Source: Akkermansia muciniphila (lineage in GTDB: Bacteria; Verrucomicrobiota; Verrucomicrobiia; Limisphaerales; SIAT01). Taken from it: DNA of 64,000 bases. The number at the start of each line of letters is the position of its first letter. Within the stretch, counting starts at the first letter, position 1. Below are positions 36,448-45,949 of this stretch, piece by piece. The position numbers were made by a program, and so were the translations under genes. The notes below the pieces were generated by a model. That model was given only the letters and a program-made list of their open reading frames with translations, was not told the DNA's origin and did no database searches. The DNA lies in the NCBI GenBank assembly GCA_945900775.1, contig CAMDJP010000001.1, positions 81,822 to 145,821 of the forward strand, read 5' to 3'.

Positions 36448-38253
36448 TTAGTTCTTTTTGTCGGGTTCGTTCTGCGGCACGAAATCGACCGGGTGTCCCG
36501 GAACGCTATACTCGTACGGACCGCGGAAAATCTCGATCGGCTTGTCAAAGTTACCGTGCGGCGGCGGCGTCGGCGTCTGCCATTCTAGCGTGGTGGAGTC
36601 CCACGGATTGTCCGAGGTTACCTTCTCGCCCTTCTGCATCGCCCAGAAGAAATTAATGATGAAGGGAATCTGCGCCAGTGCCAGCGCGAAAGCTGCGTGC
36701 GAGATTGACGTATTACTTTTGATGGCTTCGACGGTGAGACCGATCACTCCGTCGTCCGAGGCGTAAGACGCACCGCCGTTCGACATGCGACGACTCATTC
36801 CGGCCATACCCTGGGCAAACATCGGCATGAATATGAGATTCATGAAGACGAGCGAGAGCCAGAAGTGAACGCGGCCGAGGGCCTCATTCATTTTGCGGCC
36901 GGTCATCTTTGGATACCAATAATAGATGCCTGCGAAGAGACCGAAAATCGTGCCCGGCGCTACCACGTAGTGAAAGTGCGCGATCACGTAGTAGGAGTCG
37001 TGCAGGAGAATGTCGCTGTAATTGAAGCCCAGCGGAAGTCCGGTGAGACCGCCGATACCGAACATTGGGAGAAACGCTAGTGCGAACAATGTGTGCGTGC
37101 GGAATCGCATCGCGCCGCCCCACAGCGAGATGAATAGACACGTGAGTAGAATCACTGACGGAATCGAGATAATCATCGTGGTGGCTTGGAAGAAGGTCGA
37201 AATCTTCGTTCCCATGCCCGTCAGGTACATGTGGTGCGCCCAGACGATGAAGGAGAGAAACCCGAGGACCAACAACGCGTACACCATCGACTTGTAGCCC
37301 CAAATTGGCTTGCGTATGCTGTTGGCTATAATTTCCGTGACCATGCCGATGGCCGGCAGGATGAGCACATACACCTCGGGATGACCAAGGAACCAGAAGA
37401 GGTGCTGCCACAACAGCGGACTGCCACCGCCGCTAATGTCCGCTGGATTTCCACCAACAAAAAGTCCGGTCGGCAGGAAGAAACTCGTGCCAAGCAGCTT
37501 ATCCATCAACTGCATCACGCCCGCGGTTTCGAGCGGCGGAAACGCGAGCAAGAGCAGGAACGCCGTCACAAACTGCGCCCAGCAGAAGAAGGGAAGTCGG
37601 AACCAAGTCATCCCCGGTGCTCGCAGTTGGATAATGGTCACGATGAAGTTCACCGCGCCGAGCAGCGATGAGGTAATCAGGAAAATCATTCCGATGAGCC
37701 AATACGTTTGACCATCGCCTGGCGTTGTCGTTGCGCCCGGCGAGTAAGATGTCCAACCGAACTGCGCCGCACCGCTCGGAATAAAAAAGCTGGCAACCAT
37801 GATTACGCAACCGACGAAGAACGCCCAGAAACTCGCCATGTTCACGCGCGGGAAGGCCATATCCGGCGCCCCAATCTGCAGCGGTACTACGTAGTTTCCA
37901 AACGCCGCAAATCCAAGCGGTACCACCGCCAAGAACACCATAATCGTGCCGTGCATCGCGCCGAAGGTGTTGTAGAGATCGGGCGACATGATGCCCTTCG
38001 CGGCCACATCGCCGAAAATTTGGGCCATAGTCGGTCCGAAAAACGGAATCGGCTCGCCCGGCTTTGCGATTTGCCAGCGCATCGCCAGCATCAACATCAA
38101 ACCAAAGAAGAGGAAAACTAGCGCCATGACACCGTACTGAATACCAATCACCTTGTGATCGGTGGAGAAGATGTATGTCCGCCAGAAACCAAGATCCTCG
38201 TGACCCTGCTCATGGGCTCCGTGCTGGATATCGATATGAGGGGCGGTTTGCAT
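36448..38253 (-). CDS. coxA: Cytochrome c oxidase subunit I (A-type heme-copper oxidase)
   Basis: 601 aa with STDHKVIGIQY, WFLGHPEVYVLILPAIG, VWAHHMYLTG and HDSYYVIAHFHYV blocks. Confidence 0.97.
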   Translation of the reverse strand: MQTAPHIDIQHGAHEQGHEDLGFWRTYIFSTDHKVIGIQYGVMALVFLFFGLMLMLAMRWQIAKPGEPIPFFGPTMAQIFGDVAAKGIMSPDLYNTFGAMHGTIMVFLAVVPLGFAAFGNYVVPLQIGAPDMAFPRVNMASFWAFFVGCVIMVASFFIPSGAAQFGWTSYSPGATTTPGDGQTYWLIGMIFLITSSLLGAVNFIVTIIQLRAPGMTWFRLPFFCWAQFVTAFLLLLAFPPLETAGVMQLMDKLLGTSFFLPTGLFVGGNPADISGGGSPLLWQHLFWFLGHPEVYVLILPAIGMVTEIIANSIRKPIWGYKSMVYALLVLGFLSFIVWAHHMYLTGMGTKISTFFQATTMIISIPSVILLTCLFISLWGGAMRFRTHTLFALAFLPMFGIGGLTGLPLGFNYSDILLHDSYYVIAHFHYVVAPGTIFGLFAGIYYWYPKMTGRKMNEALGRVHFWLSLVFMNLIFMPMFAQGMAGMSRRMSNGGASYASDDGVIGLTVEAIKSNTSISHAAFALALAQIPFIINFFWAMQKGEKVTSDNPWDSTTLEWQTPTPPPHGNFDKPIEIFRGPYEYSVPGHPVDFVPQNEPDKKN

Positions 38254-38308
38254 AAAATTCGTTTCGCTTTTGCGTGGGTGGCTGCTGGCCCTCCTTGGCA
38301 GCGAGTTA

Positions 38309-38337
38309 ATTAAATGTTTGAGTCAACTCGATGTCAA
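38309..38337 (-). promoter_or_regulatory. sigma70-like promoter upstream of coxA (internal to the ctaA-ctaB-cox string)
   Basis: On the minus strand: TTGACA (38337-38332), a 17-nt spacer, and TTTAAT (38314-38309). It lies in the 89-nt ctaB/coxA gap. Confidence 0.35.
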
Positions 38338-38342
38338 CAGAT

Positions 38343-39248
38343 TCATTTCACCTTATCGAGAACCATCAGTCCAAGTAATGCCGGCAAGTAGATAATCGAG
38401 GCGTAAAAAAGACGGCGCGCATGCACCTCGTCGAGTCGGCGAGAGAAGCGGAACGCGAACCAGAGAAAGCCCAGCCCCAACAACAGCGCGCCGACAAGAT
38501 AGATCGGCCCCGACACCTTGAAGACGAACGGCGCGAGTGATACGGGCAGTAGTCCGAGCGTGTGACTCACTGCCTGCGCGCCCGTTCGTTCGCCCGTTTT
38601 GTCAAACACAGGAAGCATCGCGAAACCTGCCTTCGCGTACTCGTCGCGATAGAGCCACGCAATCGCGAGGAAGTGAGGCAATTGCCAGAAGAACAGGATT
38701 GCCACCAATGCCCAGCCTTCGATGGTGATTTCATCACGCGCAGCCGTCCAACCCATCAGCGGCGGCAGAGCCCCTGGAATCGCTCCGATGGCTGTGTTCA
38801 ATGTCGTCACACGCTTGAGCGGCGTGTAGATGAAGACGTAACTCGCGAGCGTCACCGCTCCCAGCACGCTCGTCAGCAGATTCACGGCGAGCGCAAGATA
38901 GATGAGCCCGACCACGGCTGAGGCGCCGCCAAAGATCAACGCAAACTCCGGCTGCAATCGCCCTGATGGCAGCGGTCGGTCCGCCGTCCGTGGCATATTA
39001 GCGTCGTGATGCTTCTCGAGGAACTGATTGAGCGCGGAAGCGCCGCCAGCCACGAGTGCCGTGCCGAGCAGCGCGTGCAGCAGCAGCCAGTAGTTCATTA
39101 CGCCAGACGACCAGCCAAGATGGAAGCCTACCAACGTCGTCAGCAGCACCAGCGCGGTCAAGCGCGCCTTCACCAGTTCGAGAAAAATCGTGAGGCGCCC
39201 TTTTTCCTCAAGGGGCGCCGCGCTCACTGTCTGGGTCTCTGCTTTCAT
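38343..39248 (-). CDS. ctaB: Protoheme IX farnesyltransferase (heme O synthase)
   Basis: 301 aa polytopic UbiA-family protein with DANMPRTADRPLPSGRL, and YVFIYTPLKR followed by the downstream WQLPHFLAIAW block. Confidence 0.93.
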   Translation of the reverse strand: MKAETQTVSAAPLEEKGRLTIFLELVKARLTALVLLTTLVGFHLGWSSGVMNYWLLLHALLGTALVAGGASALNQFLEKHHDANMPRTADRPLPSGRLQPEFALIFGGASAVVGLIYLALAVNLLTSVLGAVTLASYVFIYTPLKRVTTLNTAIGAIPGALPPLMGWTAARDEITIEGWALVAILFFWQLPHFLAIAWLYRDEYAKAGFAMLPVFDKTGERTGAQAVSHTLGLLPVSLAPFVFKVSGPIYLVGALLLGLGFLWFAFRFSRRLDEVHARRLFYASIIYLPALLGLMVLDKVK

Positions 39249-39257
39249 CGGTTCACT

Positions 39258-40472
39258 TCAATTCGCCACCGCAATATCCGACGAAGGTAACACAGACCCA
39301 TCGGGCGTGAAGCTCAAGATTTCCGAGCGCCACGTCATCAGCACCAACGCGACACCGGTCGCCAGACTGAACGCTCCGAAAACGACATGCGCCGTGGCAA
39401 TGTCCGCCGGCTTGTTCATCAGCACCGTCGATACACCTAACGCAACCTGAATGCCAATGAGCGCAAGCCAAGCGAGGGCGGTTTTGCGGAGCGGATTCCC
39501 CTGCCCCACGCGCTTCAAGGTCAACCATGCCGACACCGTGACAGCGATTGTAACCAGAAGTGCACCGATGCGATGGAGCATCTGAAGGCGCACCTGTCCT
39601 GCTGTGATTTGGTTGAGAGCGACCAATTCTTCGCGCTGTTGATTATAACGGAGGACTGCGTCTGGACTCGTGTCAGGCCAGAGTTGTCCGTGGGCGAGTG
39701 GAAAATCCCAAATCGCGAGTCCCGCGTGCTGGTGACGCATCGCCGCTCCAAGCGCAAGCTGCGCGAAAATCAAAACCGTTGCCGCTAGGAACCAGTGACG
39801 CAAGCAGGGCTCTTTCGCGAGCGGTTCGGCATTCGCTTCGTTCCACCAGCGCCCGACGAGAAGCACGATGCTGCAGATGAGCGTGAAGAAGAGTTGAGCC
39901 AAGGCCGCGTGCGCGATACCGATCTGGTCCTTGTAGAGCGCAACGCGAAAGCCACCGAGAATACCTTGAAAAATCACAGCGAAGACAGCCGCCATCGCCA
40001 GCCACCGCAATGCGCCGCGCGTACGGATGCATTGCACGACAGAAAAGATCAGGAGAATCGGCATTAAGCCGGCGAGGAGCTTGAAGTGAAACGGGACATC
40101 GACTCCAACCCCGCTCGCATTCCCTGAACCGCGATGCCCGAGCATCATCACAAGGATAAGAATGGTAGCCCAACCTACCCAGCGGACACGACCCGTAGTC
40201 TCGCGGCCCCAAATCCATGCCGCGAGGATGCTGGTGAGTAGCCCAACGAACGCAGCGATGAGCCGATGGCTGTGTTCGTAAAAGATGCCGCCCTTCCACC
40301 AACTGAACGGCAGCCAGAACATATTATAACCATAGCTCGTCGGCCAGTCCGGCACGGCCATTCCCGCACCTTTACTTGTGACTAAACCTCCGATTCCGAG
40401 CAGTACCAGTGTGGTCAAAGCGGTGGCAATGGCGAACCGGTAGAGCCACGGGCTGTGTTGCGGACGTTTCAT
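39258..40472 (-). CDS. ctaA: Heme A synthase (COX15/CtaA family)
   Basis: 404 aa polytopic protein with conserved His-containing helices (YEHSHRLIA, MLHRIGAL, AHVVFGA). It lies immediately upstream of ctaB. Confidence 0.85.
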   Translation of the reverse strand: MKRPQHSPWLYRFAIATALTTLVLLGIGGLVTSKGAGMAVPDWPTSYGYNMFWLPFSWWKGGIFYEHSHRLIAAFVGLLTSILAAWIWGRETTGRVRWVGWATILILVMMLGHRGSGNASGVGVDVPFHFKLLAGLMPILLIFSVVQCIRTRGALRWLAMAAVFAVIFQGILGGFRVALYKDQIGIAHAALAQLFFTLICSIVLLVGRWWNEANAEPLAKEPCLRHWFLAATVLIFAQLALGAAMRHQHAGLAIWDFPLAHGQLWPDTSPDAVLRYNQQREELVALNQITAGQVRLQMLHRIGALLVTIAVTVSAWLTLKRVGQGNPLRKTALAWLALIGIQVALGVSTVLMNKPADIATAHVVFGAFSLATGVALVLMTWRSEILSFTPDGSVLPSSDIAVAN

Positions 40473-40511
40473 ACTCTGGTCAATGCGAACTTATGCTTTC
40501 CCTGAAAGCAA

Positions 40512-40539
40512 GACGCTGCGACCGGTTGGCCGCAGCGTC
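40512..40539 (-). terminator. GC-rich hairpin between cupredoxin-like gene and ctaA (possible attenuating or processing hairpin)
   Basis: GACGCUGCG-N10-CGCAGCGUC forms a 9-bp perfect stem. On the minus strand it is followed by UUGCUUUC, a poor U tract. Confidence 0.3.
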
Positions 40540-40562
40540 CTCGATAGTTTTCGCAAGCGGTC

Positions 40563-41270
40563 TTATTGCAACTCAATGGTGAAATCTGCCACCGCGCCGT
40601 TCGCGCCGACGGTCACTTCCTTCGTCACCGGCTTACCCGTCTTGCGGTGCAGGGCTTCGATTACGTACATACCCGCCGGGACGTTCTTGATGGCGAAACT
40701 ACCATCCTTGCTCGAGACGGCAAAGTACGGGTGCTCGACCACGCCGACGTAGGCGAACATCCACGGGTGCACGTCGCACTTGAAGCGGAGTAGAATCTCT
40801 GCCTGTGACCAAACGGCCTCGATGGGAGGACCCTTGGGGAGCTGCGCTTTGTTAAACTCCTTGTTGCCTTCCGCGGTGGGCGTCGGGTGGACGTTGTGCA
40901 AGAGCGGATCGGAGTTCAGCACCTTCATCTTCTGATTCACTTGAACGCCGAGAATATAGGGCGTGTATTCGCAACCAACCTGGTCAAGAACGGCTGGCGT
41001 AGCCGACGGCGCCGGCGCGGCGCCAGCGAGTCCGGACTTGATGTGAATGAAAACATCTCCGAGACCGCCCTTGCCGTCGGTGACGTAGAAGCGGGTCTTG
41101 AGTGAAGAGGTGTGGAGCTTGCCGCACAACGGATCAATCGGCAGCACTTTTTCTTCGGGCGGCGTGCCCTTGAGAGTGATTTTGCCGGTGACATCAGCAG
41201 CGGTGGTGATTTGCGTGGCAGCCACCAGGGAGGCAGCCATGAGGAAGCAGTTAGTCATTTTCATGTTCAT
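40563..41270 (-). CDS. Secreted cupredoxin-like (type-1 copper motif) protein flanked by CarboxypepD_reg-like beta-sandwich segments
   Basis: 235 aa with a signal peptide. It has candidate Cu ligands LLHNVH and the amicyanin-style C-x2-H-x2-M motif (CDVHPWM). The ends GKITLKG and SKDGSFAIKNVPAGMYVIEA resemble carboxypeptidase-regulatory-like folds. Confidence 0.6.
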   Translation of the reverse strand: MNMKMTNCFLMAASLVAATQITTAADVTGKITLKGTPPEEKVLPIDPLCGKLHTSSLKTRFYVTDGKGGLGDVFIHIKSGLAGAAPAPSATPAVLDQVGCEYTPYILGVQVNQKMKVLNSDPLLHNVHPTPTAEGNKEFNKAQLPKGPPIEAVWSQAEILLRFKCDVHPWMFAYVGVVEHPYFAVSSKDGSFAIKNVPAGMYVIEALHRKTGKPVTKEVTVGANGAVADFTIELQ

Positions 41271-41379
41271 ATTCTCCTAAACCGAGCGGCTAAAATATCA
41301 CCGCTCCATTTTCATCTCAAGACTCTTGTTTAAACCCGGTTGCATCGGACCAAACATTTGACGTCGCACAGTACACCGT

Positions 41380-41859
41380 CTATTCGTATTGGTTGTGCGC
41401 TAAGGAACGCATCACACGCGCCATCTCCAGCGCCGTGCGTGCCGCCTCGAGGCCGCGGTTGAACTTCCCAGCGAGACACCGCTCTTTCGCCTGTTTTTCA
41501 TTCTCCAGCAGCAGCACCTCGTGGATGACCGGCACACCGCTCTCCATGGCGACGCGCGCGAGTTCATTGCTCACAGCCTCTCCGATATGCTGCGCATGCG
41601 TGGTGGCGCCGCGCAGGATGACACCGAGGCAAATGATAGCCGACCAGCGCTTCTGCCGAGCCAGCGCCGCGGCGACCACGGGAACCTCGTACGCCCCGGG
41701 CACTCGCAACACACGGACTTCTTCAGCTCCCACATCCGTCAGCTCGCGTTTTGCCGCGCGTAACATCGCGTCCACATACTTGGCGTTGTAGCGTGAGGCG
41801 ACGATAGCAAAACACCCGCCGCCTGCTTTCGCTTTCCGTTTGGAAACTTTCTTCAGCAT
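41380..41859 (-). CDS. ribH: 6,7-dimethyl-8-ribityllumazine synthase
   Basis: 159 aa with FAIVASRYN, VRVLRVPGAYEVP and VILRGATTH blocks. Confidence 0.95.
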   Translation of the reverse strand: MLKKVSKRKAKAGGGCFAIVASRYNAKYVDAMLRAAKRELTDVGAEEVRVLRVPGAYEVPVVAAALARQKRWSAIICLGVILRGATTHAQHIGEAVSNELARVAMESGVPVIHEVLLLENEKQAKERCLAGKFNRGLEAARTALEMARVMRSLAHNQYE

Positions 41860-41891
41860 TCCAATTTCCTCCGTCGCGCCTTACGTTGAAA

Positions 41892-43094
41892 TCAAATCAA
41901 GTGGCCGAGCTTTTCTCGCTTAGTTTTCAAGTAACGCGCGTTGTGCGGGTTCGGCGAGATTTTAATCGGCACCTGCTCGGTGATGTGTAGGCCATAGCCG
42001 TCGAGGCCAACAATCTTCTTCGGATTGTTCGTCAGCAGGCGGATCGTCCGCACGCCGAGGTCCACGAGTATCTGCGCCCCGAGCCCATACTCGCGCAGGT
42101 CCATCCCGAACCCGAGTCGCTGGTTCGCCTCCACGGTATCCAACCCCTTCTCCTGAAGCTTGTAGGCTTTAATCTTCGGCACGAGACCGATTCCCCGCCC
42201 TTCCTGGCGCATGTAAACAATCACGCCGTGGCCAGCCTGCGACACTTGCTTCATGGCCTGCTGTAATTGTGACCCGCAATCGCAACGGCGCGAGCCGAAG
42301 ATGTCGCCCGTCAGGCATTCACTGTGTACCCGCACCAAGACTTCTTTCCGGCCGGCCACGTCCCCTTTCACCAAGGCGATGTGGTGTTGGTTGTCGAGGG
42401 TTGAGCGGTAGAGGTACAGGTCGAAATCACCGTAGTCCGTCGGCATCTTCACCACCTCGACGCGTTCGACGAGTTTCTCCTGGCTGCGCCGAAACTTGAT
42501 GAGCGCCTCGATGGAACAAATCTTCAGCTTATGCTTCCGTGCGAAGCGTCGCAGCTCCGGCAGCCGCGCCATCTCACCCGAGTCGCTCATGATCTCGCAG
42601 ATCACGCCGATCGGCCGGCAACCCGCCAAGCGAGCCAAGTCCACCGCCGCCTCCGTGTGACCCGCCCGTTGAAGAACTCCACCGGGCCGCGCGCGCAGCG
42701 GGAAGATGTGACCGGGTCGGATCAAGTCCTCCGGCACCGCTGTCGGTGCGGCGAGCACCTCAATCGTTCGAGCGCGATCGGCCGCGCTGATTCCCGTGGT
42801 CACTCCACGCGATGCATCCACGCTCACCTGGAAGTCGGTTTTGAACGTCTCCCGGTTCTGCGTCACCATCTGCTCAATCCCGAGTTGCTGGAGTCGCTCG
42901 CCTGTCGTTGGCACGCAGATCAAGCCGCGCCCGTACTTGGCCATGAAGTTCACCGCAGCCGGCGTCACCTTTTCGGCCGCCATAATCAAGTCGCCCTCGT
43001 TCTCTCGGTCTGCGTCGTCCACGACGATGACCATCCGGCCACGCCGGATGTCTTTGAGGACCGACTCGATGCTGTCGAACTGTGTCTTCATCAA
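41892..43094 (-). CDS. ribBA: Bifunctional 3,4-dihydroxy-2-butanone-4-phosphate synthase / GTP cyclohydrolase II
   Basis: 400 aa with the DADRENEGDLIMAAE (RibB) and RVHSECLTGDIFGSRRCDCG (RibA) motifs. Confidence 0.95.
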   Translation of the reverse strand: MMKTQFDSIESVLKDIRRGRMVIVVDDADRENEGDLIMAAEKVTPAAVNFMAKYGRGLICVPTTGERLQQLGIEQMVTQNRETFKTDFQVSVDASRGVTTGISAADRARTIEVLAAPTAVPEDLIRPGHIFPLRARPGGVLQRAGHTEAAVDLARLAGCRPIGVICEIMSDSGEMARLPELRRFARKHKLKICSIEALIKFRRSQEKLVERVEVVKMPTDYGDFDLYLYRSTLDNQHHIALVKGDVAGRKEVLVRVHSECLTGDIFGSRRCDCGSQLQQAMKQVSQAGHGVIVYMRQEGRGIGLVPKIKAYKLQEKGLDTVEANQRLGFGMDLREYGLGAQILVDLGVRTIRLLTNNPKKIVGLDGYGLHITEQVPIKISPNPHNARYLKTKREKLGHLI

Positions 43095-43100
43095 TGCAAA

Positions 43101-45788
43101 TTATGTCTGGAGCAACTCCGCCGCCTTGGCGAGCGCCTCGCCGAGCTTACTGGAATCCTTGCCGCCGCCGCGCGCGCTATCTGGACGCCCGCCGCCTTTG
43201 CCGCCGACGATCGGGGCGATGGTCTGGATAATTTTGCCCGCCTGAACTTTCGAGGTGAAGTCGGCCGAGACGGAAGCAATCAACGTTACCGCGCCGCCGG
43301 ACACGCCGCCGAAGATCACGACGCCCTTGAACTCTCCCTTGAGCGCGTCAGCAATCGCCTGAAGCGTATCGCCGTCGACCTCACCGAGATTCTCGATGAT
43401 AGCCGGTGTGCCATTGAAGTTCTTCGCGCGAGCCACGAGCGACTTCGCCGTGCCAGCCGCTTCCTTCATCGTCGCCGACTTCAGAGCCTTTTCCAATTCC
43501 TTCTGCTGAGCGAGCAAAGCGTCCACCTTCTTCTCCAACTCGGCGACCGGTGAATTCACCTTCTGCGCCAGCGACTTGATTAGCGCCAGTTCGGCATTCG
43601 CTTTTTCGTACCCAACGAGACCAGCGACGGCTTCGATGCGGCGCACGCCAGCGGCAATCGCGTTTTCGCCGAGGATACGGAAAAGACCAATCTCGCCCGT
43701 GGCGCGCGTATGCGTCCCGCCGCAGAGTTCCATGCTGTAACCGTCGAGCTTCGCGGCGTTACCACCAATCTGCACGACGCGGACAGTGTCGCCGTATTTG
43801 TCGCCGAAAAACTGCAACACGTCCTTGCGATGTTTCACTTCGATATGAGGAACTTCAGTCCACGAGACACTGGCATTCTCGAGAATGCGTTCGTTGACGA
43901 GCCGCTCGATGTCGGCGACCTGCTGTGGCGTCAGTGGTGCGTTGTTGAAATCGAAAGTCAACTTGTCCGGTCCGACGAAGGAACCTTTCTGCGAAGCCTC
44001 GTGACTGACAACCTCGTGCAATGCCCAGTGGAGCAGGTGTGTGACGGTGTGGTGACGCTGGATGGCGTCGCGGCGGGACTTTTCCACTGCGAGCGTCAAC
44101 CGAGAGCCCACAATCGGAGTGTCGCCACCTTCAATGAAGTGTAGCCACGTGGGACCAGACTTCTGAGTATTAACCACCCGCCAAAGCTGGCCGCTGCCGG
44201 TAAGTTCGCCAGTGTCGCCGAGCTGACCGCCCATCTCGGCATAGCAAGTGGAAGTATCGAGCACGAGCGCCGTCTTGTCCTTGAACGCGACGACCTCCAA
44301 GACTTCGGCCTGAACGGTCAACGCATCGTAGCCGACAAAACGCGTCGGCGTTTTGGTTTCGATCTGCGAAAGTTCGATGACAGTCTTCTTCTGCGCGGCG
44401 CGTGCGCGCGTCTTCTGCTCTTCCATCAGAGCGACGAAGCCCGGGACGTCCACCGTCAGTCCACGTTCGCGGGCCATCAACTCGGTGAGGTCGAGCGGAA
44501 AACCTTGCTCATCGTAAAGCTTGAACGCAAACGCGCCGGTGATGCCACCACGTTTCGCGGCGTCGTTGAAGAGCTCAATGCCACGGTCGAGCGTCTTGTT
44601 GAAGGATTCTTCTTCGAGTCGGAGCACGTCCTGCACATGCGATTTGCGCGCGCGCAGTTCGGGAAAAATCTCGCCCATTGTCGCGGCCAGCACGTCCACG
44701 AGTTTGTAGAAGAACGGCTCGCGAAAACCGAGTGTGCGGCCGTAGCGCACCGCGCGGCGCAGGATGCGGCGCAACACATAATTACGATCGGTGTTGCCCG
44801 GCTGAATGCCGTCTGCCACGGCAAACGATAGCGTGCGAATGTGGTCGGTGATGACGCGAAAGGCGACGTCTGCCCGTTCCTGCTCAGTGTCGCCCGTACT
44901 GCCGGATTTGGGCAGCGTGCTGGCATATCGCTTGCCGCTCAATTTTTCCAGCTCGTCGAAAATGGGGCGAAAGATGTCGGTCTCGTAGTTGGAAATTTTG
45001 GCGTGAGCAAAATCGGTGAACCCTTTTGTACCTTGGATGATGCTGGTGACACGCTCAAAACCCATCCCGGTATCCACGTGCTGGGCCGGCAACGACGAGA
45101 ACGTGCCGTTGGGGTTCGCGTTGAATTGAATGAAGACCAAGTTCCATATCTCGATGCACTGAGGGCTGCCCTTGTTGACCAGTGCGCCCTTCGTATCTCC
45201 CAGCGGCGTGAGGTCCACGTGCAGTTCCGAGCACGGGCCGCACGGGCCGGTCTCACCCATCATCCAGAAATTATCCTTCTTATTCCCGTTGACGATGTGG
45301 AGAGCCGGGTCGAGCCCTGCGGCGCGGAAGTGGCCCGCCCAGATATCCCACGCCTCTTGGTCGAACTCGGAAGGGTCGCCCTTGGAACGGTCCGGACTGT
45401 ACACCGTTGCGTAGATCCGTTCCTTGGGAAACTTCCAGATCCCAGTGATCAACTCCCACGCCCAGTCAATCGCCTCCTTTTTGAAGTAATCTCCGAAGCT
45501 CCAGTTCCCGAGCATCTCGAAGAACGTGTGGTGATAGGTGTCGAGACCGACGTCGTCGAGGTCGTTGTGCTTGCCGCCGGCGCGAATGCATTTCTGTGTG
45601 TCGGCGGCGCGGCCCGGCGAATAGGGGCACTGTGTTTCGTTGAGAAAAATGGGCACGAACTGATTCATGCCTGCGTTGGTGAACAGCAGGTTGGGGCTGT
45701 CCGGCATTAGGCTCGAGCTCGTTACGATCGTGTGCTTCTTCGATTTGAAGAAGTCGAGGTACGACTGGCGGATTTGGCTGCTCGTCAT
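43101..45788 (-). CDS. alaS: Alanyl-tRNA synthetase
   Basis: 895 aa starting MTSSQIRQSYLDFFKSKKHTIV, with FTNAGMNQF, the editing-domain HTVTHLLH, and a C-terminal DHHA1-like region. Confidence 0.97.
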   Translation of the reverse strand: MTSSQIRQSYLDFFKSKKHTIVTSSSLMPDSPNLLFTNAGMNQFVPIFLNETQCPYSPGRAADTQKCIRAGGKHNDLDDVGLDTYHHTFFEMLGNWSFGDYFKKEAIDWAWELITGIWKFPKERIYATVYSPDRSKGDPSEFDQEAWDIWAGHFRAAGLDPALHIVNGNKKDNFWMMGETGPCGPCSELHVDLTPLGDTKGALVNKGSPQCIEIWNLVFIQFNANPNGTFSSLPAQHVDTGMGFERVTSIIQGTKGFTDFAHAKISNYETDIFRPIFDELEKLSGKRYASTLPKSGSTGDTEQERADVAFRVITDHIRTLSFAVADGIQPGNTDRNYVLRRILRRAVRYGRTLGFREPFFYKLVDVLAATMGEIFPELRARKSHVQDVLRLEEESFNKTLDRGIELFNDAAKRGGITGAFAFKLYDEQGFPLDLTELMARERGLTVDVPGFVALMEEQKTRARAAQKKTVIELSQIETKTPTRFVGYDALTVQAEVLEVVAFKDKTALVLDTSTCYAEMGGQLGDTGELTGSGQLWRVVNTQKSGPTWLHFIEGGDTPIVGSRLTLAVEKSRRDAIQRHHTVTHLLHWALHEVVSHEASQKGSFVGPDKLTFDFNNAPLTPQQVADIERLVNERILENASVSWTEVPHIEVKHRKDVLQFFGDKYGDTVRVVQIGGNAAKLDGYSMELCGGTHTRATGEIGLFRILGENAIAAGVRRIEAVAGLVGYEKANAELALIKSLAQKVNSPVAELEKKVDALLAQQKELEKALKSATMKEAAGTAKSLVARAKNFNGTPAIIENLGEVDGDTLQAIADALKGEFKGVVIFGGVSGGAVTLIASVSADFTSKVQAGKIIQTIAPIVGGKGGGRPDSARGGGKDSSKLGEALAKAAELLQT

Positions 45789-45949
45789 AAACAGGGGCGG
45801 CGAGCTTAGGGAAAAACCCTGTTCAAGGCCAGTTGGAAGTTACGCCGGAGGAGGTGAGGCTCGTCGGGGCGGGCCCCGATTCCTATCTTCCGCCGGTCAC
45901 ACTGGCATCCGCGACGCTTCCGCGCCCTCGAATTGGACTCACGGCAATC

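Noticed and set aside
38291-38297. Perfect Shine-Dalgarno-like AAGGAGG (minus strand) in the ctaB/coxA gap
   Set aside because: It lies ~38 nt upstream of the coxA ATG with no start codon at a functional distance. It is likely a chance match or part of the 5' UTR structure.
42531-43553. 340-aa plus-strand ORF in the supplied track
   Set aside because: It is entirely antisense to the unmistakable ribBA and alaS genes. The translation is Arg/Ala/His-rich low-complexity sequence typical of shadow ORFs in GC-rich DNA.
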